Assembly (NCBI RefSeq): GCF_036321535.1
Contig: NC_087436.1
Span: forward strand, 47,308,001 to 47,372,000
Direction of reading: 5' to 3'
Origin: Camelus dromedarius
Lineage: Eukaryota
DNA length: 64,000 bases
Below are positions 37,562 through 49,680 of this stretch, piece by piece (position 1 is the stretch's first letter; each line of letters begins with the position of its first letter). Under the pieces are notes generated by a model. That model had not been told where the DNA came from. It made no database searches and saw only the letters and a program-made list of their open reading frames with translations. Position numbers and translations under genes: made by a program.

Positions 37562-38646
37562 TTACTAACCCCAAGAGATATTAAAGCAAAAATATGAAGT
37601 CCCTAAGGAGAATGACTTAGTTGGCCTGCAGATCATTATCTAATGATTTTTAAAGTTTATATTTTAAGTTATTTGGCATCCTATGCTTCTTCTTTTCCAG
37701 CATATTTAAGAGGATGACAGAGCTACCAAGTTTAATGTAATATAATCCATTATAAAAATTACTGAACTCAAATGCTTCAGTGCACAAATATATGCCACTG
37801 CCCTGGAGTGGGAATTTATTTTGGAGGGATGTTGTGGGAAGAATCAGCCAACCATTTCCAGAGGAATATTTCATAAGTATTCCTCATCAGGGACCTAACT
37901 CCCGATGTTTTCCATGGTACTGCCCATCATTTTGAAACATTGATAGAGGAGTGAAAGCATCACATCTTTTAGCTGCAGCATGTGTCTGCACCAGCCTAGA
38001 AGATGGAAGGTCAGCTGCCATCAGGGACCAGACAGATGAGTGAAGTGGGAGTGACAGTGGGAATCAAGAGTACATGGATTAAATTAAATCTGCACTTACA
38101 CATACATGCACCAGCCAAACTGTGCTGGCCAAACAAGGGTCTGCTGCTCACATCTTTCCTAGGGGCTACCAATTTGAGGTCTCTGCTTAGCTGTAGGAGT
38201 AATGCCCCTATACAAACTCTCAGACCATAACTGACCTCTAGAGTCGCCAGGATTGCTGACCTCATCCTGGAGCAGAATCAGTTCAGGCCTGACGTACTTA
38301 ATCCAAATGACTGCTTGAAGTCCTACCTAACCCTCATGGCCTGCTCAAACCCCAGCTCCTCCATGGGATCATCCCTTCTTCCATCCAGAGATGGAGCCTT
38401 ACCTTCTGCTGACCTTGCTCTGTACCTCTGTTATAGCAATTGCACTGTTTTTTATTGCAGTGGCTTGGATTTGTGTCAGCTTCTGCCCTTGGATATCAAG
38501 GCCCAGCCTTATGTATGTAAACCAAAGAGGTGTCTATAAAATTTAAATGAAGAGATTTCTGAGTATCTTAATTGGCATACAAAAATTATAAAAAATCCTG
38601 GAACTGTATCCAAACCAAAGAGTATCTCCTACCCAAAGTACTCTCT

Positions 38647-38895
38647 CAGTGTTTCCCAAACTGGTATTCCTCAGCACATTAGTCCCAAGAGATGGTCCCT
38701 GAAAAGTGCTCTTTGGTCAAATGCTGCACTCCATATCCTGATAGCATCACAGGGCATATTGGCATTGTAAAAGCTCTGAGAAGGTCAGGAGAAATTAAAG
38801 AAAAGTTTACTTTTACTTGCCCAGGTTTCTTTTCATATATATTTGGCTATGGGATCTCTTTTAATGGGACCATTTAATGACTTGCTCCTTGGAAT
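38647..38895. mobile_element. hAT-Charlie DNA transposon fossil
   Basis: Starts with a Charlie-type terminus cagtgtttcccaaact; internal aaagctctgagaag. Confidence 0.5.
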
Positions 38896-38919
38896 GTAGC
38901 CGTTTCAGAGGCAGGAAGG

Positions 38920-39095
38920 ACAGACTCTGGCCTCAAGCTGCCTATAACCGAGTCTTCAGCACTCATTATCCTTGGGTAGTTACTTAACCTCTTCGTGCCT
39001 AAACTTTCTCATCTGTAAAATGGGCACAACAGTGAGACAGACTCTTACATGGCTGTTACAAAGGTTAAATGAGTTAATACTTGTAAACTGTGTGC
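38920..39095 (+). mobile_element. MIR SINE
   Basis: ccttgggtagttacttaacctcttcgtgcctaaactttctcatctgtaaaatggg...aaggttaaatgagttaatacttgtaaa. Confidence 0.85.
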
Positions 39096-39371
39096 CTCAG
39101 CCTAGATTTGGAGTTTAGGTCAGAAATCAGGCCTCACTCCCTACTTCAAATTAAGAAAAAATTGAGAAATAAGACATTGCTCAAACTAATGGCTGTGATA
39201 TAGATAAAAGCTGTTTAGAGAAGGAGCCTGGCTAATGGGTTTGTTAATATGACCCACCACCTCCCTGCCAACACTTAACCCGGTTTGACTCCAGCCTGGG
39301 GAGGATATGTAGGCTTTTTTTGTAGGGCCAGGTCATCGCCAGCAGAGTGAACAGAGGAAGGGTTTGTCTTG

Positions 39372-39824
39372 TGTATTAGTTTGCTATGGCTTCTGTAACG
39401 AAGTCCCACAAGCTAGGTGGCTGAGAACAACAGAAATTTACTATCTCACAGTTCTGGAGGCCAGAAGCCTGAAATCAAGGTAGGGGCTGGGCCATGCTCC
39501 CTCTGAGACCTGTAGGGGAAGGACCCTTCCTTGCTTCTTCCAGTTTCTCTAGCTCCAGATATTCCTGGCTTGTGGTAGCATAATTCCCATCTTTGCCTTC
39601 ATCATCACTCGGCAGTCCCTCTATGTGTGTCTGTCTCTGTGTCTAAATTTCTCCTTTTTCATAAAGACATCAGTCATATTGGATTAGGGACCACACTAAT
39701 GACCTCATTTTAACTCGATTACCTCTGCAAAAACCTATTTCCAAATAAAGTAACATTCTGAGGTAATGGGGGACAGGATTTCAACATATCTTTTTTTCAG
39801 AGGGACACCATGCAACCTGTAACA
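39372..39824 (-). mobile_element. ERVL-MaLR solo LTR (MLT1C-like), complete
   Basis: tgtattagtttgctatggc...ctcacagttctggaggccagaagcctgaaatcaagg...cagtcatattggattaggg...tgtaaca; 5-bp flanks tcttg / tcccg. Confidence 0.9.
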
Positions 39825-41747
39825 TCCCGAGACCAAGTCCTCCAAAACAGAGGGAAAGGTACTGAAGATAAATTCTGATCCTCCTTCCCCACGTCACCAA
39901 TCAGACGCCATTCCTCCTTACTTGAGGAAGTGTTCCCAGTCCTTTCTCTCCTCCTGTGGCTGGAATTTAGAAATCTCCCCCTCTTTCTATGGAAAATGAG
40001 GAAGAGGGGAAACATCTGTCCCCACCTCTATCTCCAAACTGTAGCCCAAGGATGGCTTTGGAATTAAATAGGTCTTTGAAACTGGTTGTGATCCTGCCTT
40101 AAAATTTGTCAGTTGCAATCCCTCCATCTCTTCAGGGGCTCTTCAGGGGTACCTGTGTGTACTGAAAAAAATTGGTTACCTAGACTGTTGGGAGACTTGA
40201 GGATTCCCTGGTGTTGCCCTTGGGGTCACTTCCAATTGGCTGTGCCCTTGGAAATAGCTTCTTTCAAGCCTGACCTTTTTCAGGGGGTGGGGGAGAAAAT
40301 AATCTCATTAGTCTTAGAAACAGCTTTTAGCAGCTAATAAACATCAATGGTATATATTTAGATTTTTAATAAAAAGTTGAGGGATGAGAATAAATATTCA
40401 ATAATGAGGGGGGAAATGGAGTTATGCCTGAGGCAAGGATAGCATTTCAAATAGTGGGTAGAACAAGCCAGGCATCTTTGGGGAGAGGAGCTACAATTGT
40501 TGGGTGTTTACCACATGCCTGATGTGCACCAGCTCATTCCATCCTAAAACCCTGTGAGGCTTGCTGGTGGGCTATGGGGCAGGGCAGTCTGTCTCCAGGG
40601 CTTGTTCTCTTAAGCAATGAGCTACACAGCCTCCTTTGTATCGAGCACGAGAGGCTGCTCTTCCCTCTCTCTCCTGAGAACGGTTTATATAATTTCTTCC
40701 ACAGCACTGAGTACAGCTGAAAGAATTCCCTTTCCTGATTGTGAGCCCTTCCAGGACAGGAACTGATCCACACTCACCTTCATTGCCCGATTTGCTGCCT
40801 GTCACCTTGTAGGTAAATTTTTGGTTAAATCAATGAATAATTTTTTTAAAACTAAAGAACCCTTTGAAGGTTTTTCTGATCCCCACAGTTATTATGTCTT
40901 GACAGTGGTATGATTCATGAATTGTGATTGTTTCACACCCAGAAACAAAGATGTCCAGGCTAATGATCTACATTCAGAGCAACGATAATATGCTCACCAT
41001 TCTCTTTCATTATTTAGAACTTTCCCCACAGTTTGAATTGAGGAAGTCTGATTTCCTCCTGGGTCTCTTTGTGGAAGTGTCTGGGGCATGATTCTCAATG
41101 CTGGGTGCCTTGGTGTCCTCAAGGAACCTGCTGAGCGGTCACTTAGGCTCTTCCTTGACTTGATGGGACAAGGGTGACTCTGGGCTATTGTCAGTAGAGA
41201 ACCACAGACTAATCTGTTGTCCCAGTCACACATGGATTTCATTTGCATAGGGGATTTCTGGAGCAGGAGGAATTGGCTGACCTTTGTGTAACATTCTACT
41301 TCCTATAAAGTGCTTAATTTATGGAATCCCTGGATCATAGGCTTGGTCTAATAAATTTGCAGAAGGACGTGCACATATTAGAAGAATCTCAGGTTAAAAT
41401 CTAACAGTAACTGACCATGACCTGCTTTGGGAAATGGGGGAGGAGGAAGCCCCAGCTATTGGCTGCTTATGAAACTAAACACTCTGGTTCTTGTGCTACT
41501 CCAGGTGATTTTTTTCATATAGAACGAATGGAAGAGCAAGGGGAAAATAATATGCTCATGAGAAAATGGTACTGGAGACTGGGTGGAAGCCAAATGGTAG
41601 GAATGGTGGCAAAGACTTTATCTCTCCTTTGAGTTTTCTAAACTCAAAGAAGGAAGAGGAAAATGAATATTACTTCTTGGTCTGGGAGTCTCTAATCTAA
41701 GCAGCATGGATCTTTAAATATTTGTTCAGTAGTTTCTATTTCCAAAT

Positions 41748-41890
41748 TTATTCATTCATTTATTTATTAGTTTATTCTTTTTAAAATTTATTTAATAAGC
41801 ATTTACTGTGTACCTACTTTGTGCTAGGCACTCGGTAGGACACTGAGAATATGGAGATGAGTGAGACCTATTGCCCATCCTCCAGAACTT
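41748..41890 (-). mobile_element. L2 3' terminal fragment
   Basis: ttcattcattt...aagcatttactgtgtacctactttgtgctaggcact. Confidence 0.75.
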
Positions 41891-41919
41891 AAGGAAGAAT
41901 TTAAACATGGAAATGGAGT

Positions 41920-42041
41920 AGACTGAAAATACCTTGAAGGCAAGGATAGGGACTGACTCACTGTGGTAAGATGAATACCTGGCGTAGTGACTGGCATATA
42001 GTAGGCATTTATTAGATGTTTATTGAACGACTTAATGAATG
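41920..42041 (+). mobile_element. L2 3' terminal fragment
   Basis: ccttgaaggcaagga...gtgactggcatatagtaggcatttattagatgtttattgaa. Confidence 0.75.
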
Positions 42042-43247
42042 TATTGGTCATACATTAGCAAAGCGATTATCATATTGTAGTGTTAAAACGACTAAATACA
42101 TATACATGTAATATAGTCAAAGACCTAATAAATACCAAAAAAAAAAAAAAAATGACTTACATGGTAGTAATTTAGATGAGATTTATTGGTTGGAAAAATT
42201 ATCCCAGTGCAATCTATACAGCATACGTTTGTTAATATATTGAAACCTCAACTGTGCTACAGTGCTGCCGAGCTCTATGTCTTAAATGACTCATCCTGAG
42301 TTAAAAGTCCTGGGGTACAGTGTTCTTCCAATGCTAGCTGATGTTTCGTTCGGCTGTGGCTCAACGTGAGAGAAACAATCAGCATAAAAAGGGCATCAGT
42401 TGTTTCAGTCACCTCTGAAAAGAATCGCATGGCACAGGACAGCAGTTACCATGAGGACATTTATTAACAGCGGGTGTGTATGCATTCTTTTTGATTTCTG
42501 ATAGCACTTTTAAAATAGAAGCCATAAATTATGTATAGCCAAGACCTAATAGGAACTGCAAGGGAACTACACTTAATATAAATGGCCCAAGAAATGTAAA
42601 GTCAGCTAGCTTAGAGCAAGAATTTCTAACAATAATTTATTTCTAACTGCTACTAGTCATGCTCATGGCCTTGGAAGATGCTAGGGGGGTGTCTCTGGTG
42701 TGGCTACAGCCCTGGGTCAGATGCTTCCTGTGGATGGAGCACACACGACCCAGTGCCTGCCTAGGACTAGGGGTTATTATTACGAGTGGCTCCAGGACTA
42801 TGCTTATCTTCAAAGATGACTGCCCACAGAAGGCCACTGAGTTCCTCTTATGAGATTGTCCTTTATAACTGAGCAGCGTTCTCCTCATGTCATGATATGG
42901 ACAGAAATTTCAGAAAAGCATGAGATAGAGCTGCGTGTGGTCAAGGTCGGCGCCAGTGGCACTGCTAGTTTGAACATGCTTCAGATGTGGCTCCTCCCAT
43001 AGCTGCAGAAAGAGGTCTTGAGGCAACAGCTATCCTGCCACAAAGTAGCGGCATGCACGTTAAGCTCCCCTAGCTAGAGAACTCCGTAGATAGAGGACTG
43101 GACTTGGCACCTACAAATGTGGTCTCCTTGGAGTTCAGGCTGAACAATATGTGACAATTTGATCTCAGGCTTTTTGAAAGATAACATTCCTTAACCCCAC
43201 CTAACAGGAGTAGAAGACGTAAACGCAGTTATCAGGAGTGTTTTTAA

Positions 43248-43337
43248 ATTTTTTAATGGAGGTACTAAGGATTGAACCCAGGACCTCTAGCATGCTAAGC
43301 ATGATCTCTACCACTAAGCTATACCTTACCCTTCCCC
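43248..43337 (-). mobile_element. tRNA-Ala SINE with TSD
   Basis: atggaggtactaaggattgaacccaggacctc...ctctaccactaagctatacc; TSD caggagtgtttttaa (43233-43247) / caggtgtgttttaa (43338-43351). Confidence 0.9.
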
Positions 43338-43709
43338 CAGGTGTGTTTTAACGCCTTCTAACTGTGCAAGAGGAGGAAGCTGTCCAGAGGAAAGCGTACA
43401 GTCTGCACAGAGAACAGAAGGAAGTGTACAAATAGCTTCTGACTATCACACACACAGACTTTGTGGCCACCTGTACTTAGCCTTTCCTGCTAGAACCATG
43501 CAGCAAATGAGCTAGTTGTTTTTCTGAAGGAAGGCTGAGTGGCCAGGACTGGATAGCAATCTCTGAGCATGAGCTGGCTCTGTGAAAATTAAAAGGCACA
43601 TTCTGGCCTTTTTAAAACCTCATCATAGGGCAGGGATCTAGAATTTGAAAAATAGTTTGCCAAATGTACTGAGACCTTTTCTCCTGGCACACAATGTAGA
43701 AGTAAAGTT

Positions 43710-44315
43710 TATTCTTTCAATTAATATTGATGTATTGTTTGCTACATGCTAGTTACCGGGACTACAGGAGGAAATGAGAGAGCTGACTACCTTGATGGAA
43801 TTTTCTGTTAGTCTAGTGAGGGGAAAACTGTCAAACCGAGTCACAAAAATAAATATGTATTTTCCAATAGTGATACGTGTTACAAAAGAAGTATAGGATA
43901 CTTCGTGACCCATTGTGATAGGAGAACCTAATTTGGATTTGGGGGTTGCGGGAGGCCCTGTGTTGAATAAATGACATTAAGCTGAGAGTTGAAGGCTGAG
44001 GCCGGAGTTAGCAGTGTGTGTGTCCGTGTCCATGTGCCTGTGTTTGTGAGGAGTTGAGTGCTGGGGCCATGGAAAATGTCCTTGGCTGAAGGAAGAGCAA
44101 AGGTCCTGTGGGGGAAGCTTGGCTCTTTAGGGGAACTGAAAGCAAGCCAGGGTGGTTGCCATGTGGTGTGTGAGGCTGAGATGGGTATGAGCGAAGGTGG
44201 AGGTAGGCAGGAGCCATGCTGTTCAGGGCTTTGTAGGCCATGTGGAACATTCATGATTTTATCCTAAGGGTGGGGTGTGTTTGTATGTGACCTGCAGTGA
44301 GAAGATGGATTGGGG
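43710..44315 (-). mobile_element. L2 3' portion
   Basis: gacattaagctgagagttgaagg...gaactgaaagcaagccagggtgg...cagggctttgtaggccatgtgg...ttttatcctaagg. Confidence 0.75.
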
Positions 44316-44381
44316 TGTACCTCAGCTGCTAACCTGACTGATGGTGCTTCTGAATGATGGTGCTTCTCAGCAGTGGTTCTT

Positions 44382-44484
44382 TTTAAAAATTATTTATTTA
44401 TTTATTTTAATGGAAGTACTAGGGATTGAACCCAGGACCTCGTGCATGCTAAGCATGCGCTCTACCACCTCCCACCCCTGCCCC
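44382..44484 (-). mobile_element. tRNA-Ala SINE with perfect 14-bp TSD
   Basis: ggattgaacccaggacctcgtgcatgctaagcatgcgctctaccac; TSD cagcagtggttctt (44368-44381, 44485-44498). Confidence 0.92.
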
Positions 44485-46029
44485 CAGCAGTGGTTCTTGA
44501 AAGTGAACCTGGACAGGAGTGTGACCTTGGGTGCGATGCCAGTGAAACAGGGTCACATTTCATAACACACTTTGTAGCTTCTCAATGATGGTGATAGTGC
44601 TTTATCAAGGTTGTGAGAAAGGTATGCAATCATGCAGGAAAATACCTCACATTGATTTGAACCCCCTCTCAAACCTCAAATGCCATGAGCACGTGTGCAG
44701 ACATCCGGGAAGCCAGAGCCAGGTTCCCGGCTGAAAGCTGGGTCTGCAGGCTGTTGCTCACTCCACATCCTGCTCTGCTAGAATCTCTCCTTGTAGGCTG
44801 TTCCCTCCCACCCCTCAGCTCAGGAAACAGGAGGGAAGTTTAAATAACTTACTAATCGGACCCTTCTATTAAGCTTGAAAAAAAAATTTTTCCTGTATAT
44901 TTCTTAGGAAAGAGTAACCAAAAAAATACCACGATGCAAAATCTGATGCTTCAAAGAAATGCTTATGCTGCCCACATTTGCAAAGCCTGGTCTGTGACTT
45001 TATTTTTGATTGAAATTCTAACAATAATCCCAAGGAGCATGTAGCTTATAAGATGTCTACTGCAAGTATGTAATGCAACATGTTTTGCATTTCACTTGAG
45101 AAGTGATTTTAAATTTGGTGAATGGAAGGCGTATACAGTTATATGTTAAAACCTACAACCCCAGTGAACAGGAAAACCTTATGGATTAGTAGAGAGAAGG
45201 GCTTTCATTTCAAGTTATGTTTTTATGAGTTCAACCATCAAATATTAGAAAAGTTATTGCCTAAAAACATTATTCATAGACCACCAGATGGATCATATAT
45301 AATGTATTGTCTATAGATGTATAGATCAGAAGAGTAATAAATTCTTGGGGTAAAGTAAATATTTCAGATCACAACTATGACTGCTCCAGAGTGAATCTGA
45401 ATGAGTTGGAGAGGCAATGAACTGTAAGTGTTTCAAAAGACAGAATGAGAACAAAAATATGCTAGGAATGCATAGTATATATGAATTCTGCTCAATAGAT
45501 GACAACAGCCTTTATTCCTAAGGCAGTAAATCTGAATTTATACTTATCCCATTATGTGATAAGAATAGAAAACTCAGTAACAAATTTTTCATTGTACTAT
45601 TTCAGGAGTTTTCACCCATATTTCTTTTTACCCTTAGTTGTCAATATTATTTCCACAAAACTTTTGTAAGTTGCACTAAGCAATAAAATAATAAAAGTCT
45701 CAAGATACGGTCCACGTGTTCTAGGCAGTTTACATATAAAGCAATTAGTAAGACTAGCTGAGACTCCACAGAGCTCTTCAAATGGGATTTGCCTTAGCCA
45801 TTCTTTAAGGAGCAAACATGAGATCAATAGTTTATGACATCCTCTTGACTTGCACATCCCTGAACAGCTTGGTCTACCTTCAGCCTAAAATTTGCTTCTG
45901 GAACTCCAGAGCAGTTTGATTGTGTGGTCATTCTGGATAACATGAGCTGTGTAAATAACAGGTAAGGTGGAGACTGCCAGCTGTCCACTAGATTCTGTTC
46001 CACCTTTCTAAATTATAGACCTGCAGGGG

Positions 46030-47230
46030 AGCACATGGCTTACAGGCTAGGAGTGCCATTTCCAACCCCCCTTACAGCTGGTTATGACCATAAATCTGAA
46101 GTCTCCCAAATTAAATATAAATGGAAGTGATATGTGCCATTTCCTGGTTCAGACATGTAAACTCCTCCATGCTCTTGCACATCTCTGGGAGTCAAACACC
46201 TTCCCTCCAGGGACCAGGTATCAACCATGTAGGTAAGAAAAACACACCCTGGACTATCAAGAAGAAACAAGAGTCATTCATTCTTGCAACTAATATTTAC
46301 TGAAAGCCTACTCCATGCAGACAGCATTCTAAATGTAGGGGATACCTCAGTGAACAAAAGAGACCAAAGTCCCTGCTCCCTTTGAGCTCAAATAGACAAT
46401 AAAAATATAAGTATAATGCATAGTTTGTTAGAAATAAGTGCTAAGGTGAAAAATAAAGCAGGGAAGGGAGATTTGAAATCTTGGCTAGGTATTATGCCAT
46501 TATAGGAAACTAAATGAGACCCAGTAGTGGTATAGATAAAGCAACAGAGGAGAAGCTGTTGCATTCTGAATATATGTTGGTGGTAGAACCAAGGGGATTT
46601 GCTGAGAGACTGGGCATGGGGTGTGATAGAGATAAAAAAGGAGTCAAGATTTTTGGCTTGAGGAACTTGAAAAATACAGCTGCTGGTAATTTAGATTGGG
46701 AAGACCATAGGAGGGTTTGGAGGGCAGTATCCATAACTCAGGTTTGGATATCAAGGCTGTGATGCCCATTTGACACCCACTGAGGTGTTAAGTGACCAGT
46801 AAAATTTGGGTCTGCAGTTCAGAAGAGAGATCCAGATTTGCAGTACTCATTTGGAAGTCATCAACATAGATACTATCTAATACCACAAGACTAGATGAGA
46901 TTACCTAGAGACTGAGTGATAGAAAAAAGAAATGGTCCAAGGACTGAATCCTGTACCTTTAGAGGTACGGCTGATCAGGGAGAACTAGCCCCTGACCCAC
47001 AAACTGAGAAGCAGCAGCAAGAAAGACAGGAGGTATACCAGGTTAAGTTTGATGTCCTGAAAGGCAAGTGAAGTAAATCAAAGAGAAGAAGAGAACTCAG
47101 ATCACTGAATGACTATGGGGAGCAGAGCAGCCTGCTTATTCACCATGGGACTGTTAAATGAGAGAAAAACAGACTTCATTATTTTTAGTCCACTGAGGTG
47201 TTGAGTCTCTTTGATACAAAATTTTAAACT
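46030..47230 (+). mobile_element. Old MLT1-type LTR in two pieces (~46030-46270, ~47095-47230)
   Basis: ggaagtgatatgtgccatttcctgg...ctccatgctct and cactgaatgactatggggagcagagc...atgagagaaaaacagacttcattatttttagtccactgagg resemble the two halves of MLT1H-J. Confidence 0.5.
46273..47090 (-). mobile_element. L2 3' portion
   Basis: tcattcattc...atatttactgaaagcctact...cagtgaacaaaagagaccaaagtccctgc...attctgaatatatgttgg...aaggagtcaag...ctagatgagattacctag. Confidence 0.8.
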
Positions 47231-48639
47231 TTTCCTCCAATAGCAGATAAGTAGCAAATTACATCACCAGATAAATCTTTAACAACAACAACAAAATTAA
47301 CATTTATAAAAAATTCTCAAATAGTAACTTTTAAATGTGATGCATGTGTGTGTGTTTGAAAGGACTGGAATATTTTAATGATTATAAAACCATGTAATTT
47401 GGAGTTAAGATTACTACCACTTTTCTGCTCTAAGAAAAGGACTTGTTTCTGGGCAAATATAATCTATTTATATATACCTTATAAGTACTTCCAGTTTATT
47501 TTCTTGAGAACTATCCAGAGGGGAAATTGAGATGGTGAGAAAGGGCTGATTTGAAGAGCCCTTTTTGTGATCTCTGACCTTAGTTATCCTCTGGTTCTGT
47601 TGTATTAATTCTCTTGACTTTCAAAGGTCAACAGGTCTACCTCCCCAACCAAGTTCTACTAATAATAGTTCTGCCTGAAGGAAATGAACAGAGACAGATA
47701 AACTCATTTTGATATCCCTGAATTGTTATGCAGTAGCTTTCAAATTTTACAGTGGGCACCTATTCACAACCTAATGACTAAATATCACATGAAGAAACTA
47801 CTCTCAGATTTTTACACAAAGTCTATTCACCGTTACCCCTTTCCTCCCACATTCTATTATTATCTCTTAACCTAAAGACCATGAGGATCTTTGCTACCAT
47901 TTTATAGCAGTGTTGATTTTTCACCCCCATTATCTTCCCTTTTGCTAATAATTTCTGGCATGGTCCCAGTGTTTTGAAAGATCTAAATGCTATAAAGCAC
48001 TTAGAAGATAACAGAGAGCTCAACAACAAGAACAAAACAGAGCAAAGTTGCAAATGCAAAGCTGATACCAAGGCAAAATGTATCCATATCTTTAGATCTG
48101 GCCAGAATGGAAAGATCCTACTGCCAGAGAAATAAAGAGAATAAAAAATTCTGAGTAGTAGATTTTCAAATCTCTTTTCCTTCTACCCAAGCACTGCAGA
48201 CTTCTAGATTTTAAATGACATCATATATCTTAAGCTGACACCTGAGTCCTACTGTCTGCTTAAATGCACACCAGCTGTGGACCTTGGGCTTGGAGTAAAC
48301 ACCGAAATCAAGGGAGTGAGTAAAAACTGAAGGCTACGGGGGAAGCCCATTCAGTGTGCTAGCAAGTGATATCTTTTTAGGTTGCTGAGATCGAAGGGGC
48401 CAGAGCATTTCTCAAGCTCAGCTAATAAAACCAGAAACATGAAAGTCAGGAGAGACCAAGGGTCATCAGTTGAGTGCTGTCAAGAAGGAGGGAATATTCC
48501 AGAGAAATTTTCCAGAATAGATGTTTGCCAATAACCATTCTGGGCCAGGTGTGGATGCCCCTTGAGTGCATGCACTCTTCACACGAGACAGTAAAAGCTA
48601 TCCCACTTTGTTTGATTCTTCCTCACGTGTATATTTATA

Positions 48640-49450
48640 CTTTCACTCACTCAACAAACATTTTGATACAAAAGACAGAACTAGGCAGTGGACATAAAAT
48701 GGCGAGCAGGCTAGACATGATTTCATCTTATCCTCATGGAATTTATAATTTAATAGAGACCATAGATTTTAATTAAATCTGTTTAATTTACAAACATGTG
48801 GTGCTTACTATTTGCAAGTTATATTGTTTTAAGCACTTTATAAGTATTTACTTGTTTTCAAGTTTATACTTATAGCACAGGGAACTATAGTCAGTATCTT
48901 ATAGTAACCTTTAACAAAAAAGAATATAAAAAGGAATATATGTATGTGTATGTATGACTGAAATATGCTATACTCTAGAAATTGACACAACATTGTAAAC
49001 TGATTATACTTAACTAAAAAAATCTAATATAAAGAAAAAAATATTAACTTGTTTGATACTCATAACAACCTAAGGTAGGTATCGATATTATCCTCATTTT
49101 ATAGATGTATAGAGAAAAGTTGCCCAAGGTCACACAACTAGTGTGTATTAGAGCAGGATTTGAATCTAGGCTGTCTGGAACTAAGGTCTATGCTCTGAAG
49201 CATTCATTTACAAACTCTCATCAGTGTTTTGTAGGAAATTTATAGGGTGCAAAAGCAGGGCACTTCTAATTAGGGGATCTGATCGAATGTGGAGGGAAGA
49301 AATGAGATTAGACCAGAAGTTCTAAACAAGATGTGGCCATTGCTGTCAAGTGCTCCAGGTAGTTCAAGCAATATGAAATTAACAACAAGGCATTGATTCT
49401 TGAAATAGGGAGGTCAGTGACAAATGTGGTAAGAGCAATTTCAGAGGACA
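48640..49450 (-). mobile_element. L2 remnant containing a MIR (~48790-49200)
   Basis: ttcactcactcaacaaacatttt (L2 tail). MIR: tatcctcattttatagatg...gttgcccaaggtcacacaactag...ggatttgaatctagg. L2 resumes at ~49200. Confidence 0.65.
48858..49038 (+). mobile_element. Short L1 3' end inserted in the MIR
   Basis: tatagcacagggaactatagtcagtatctt...gaaattgacacaacattgtaaactga plus A tail; TSD aagtatttacttgttt (48842-48857) / aaatattaacttgttt (49039-49054). Confidence 0.85.
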
Positions 49451-49496
49451 CATCGCTATCAGCTCAGAGTTAATTGTCAGAGCTTCCCAAGGAGAA

Positions 49497-49680
49497 ATGG
49501 GCTGCTCAGGATGTGGGGAGTTCCTCCCTTCAGAAATTTTTTTCAGAATAGTCTAGAAACCACCTAGTAATGGCTTGGCACATAGTAGGTGCCCAGCAAA
49601 TACATTCTAACTATCTGGTGGATGATTCAACCAGATAATCTATAAGATTTCCTCCAACCTTAAGATTCTACAATTTCACT
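49497..49680 (+). mobile_element. CR1/L3 3' fragment
   Basis: aatgggctgctcaggatgtggggagttcctcc...ccagataatctataagatttcctccaaccttaagattcta resembles the L3 3' end. Confidence 0.55.
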
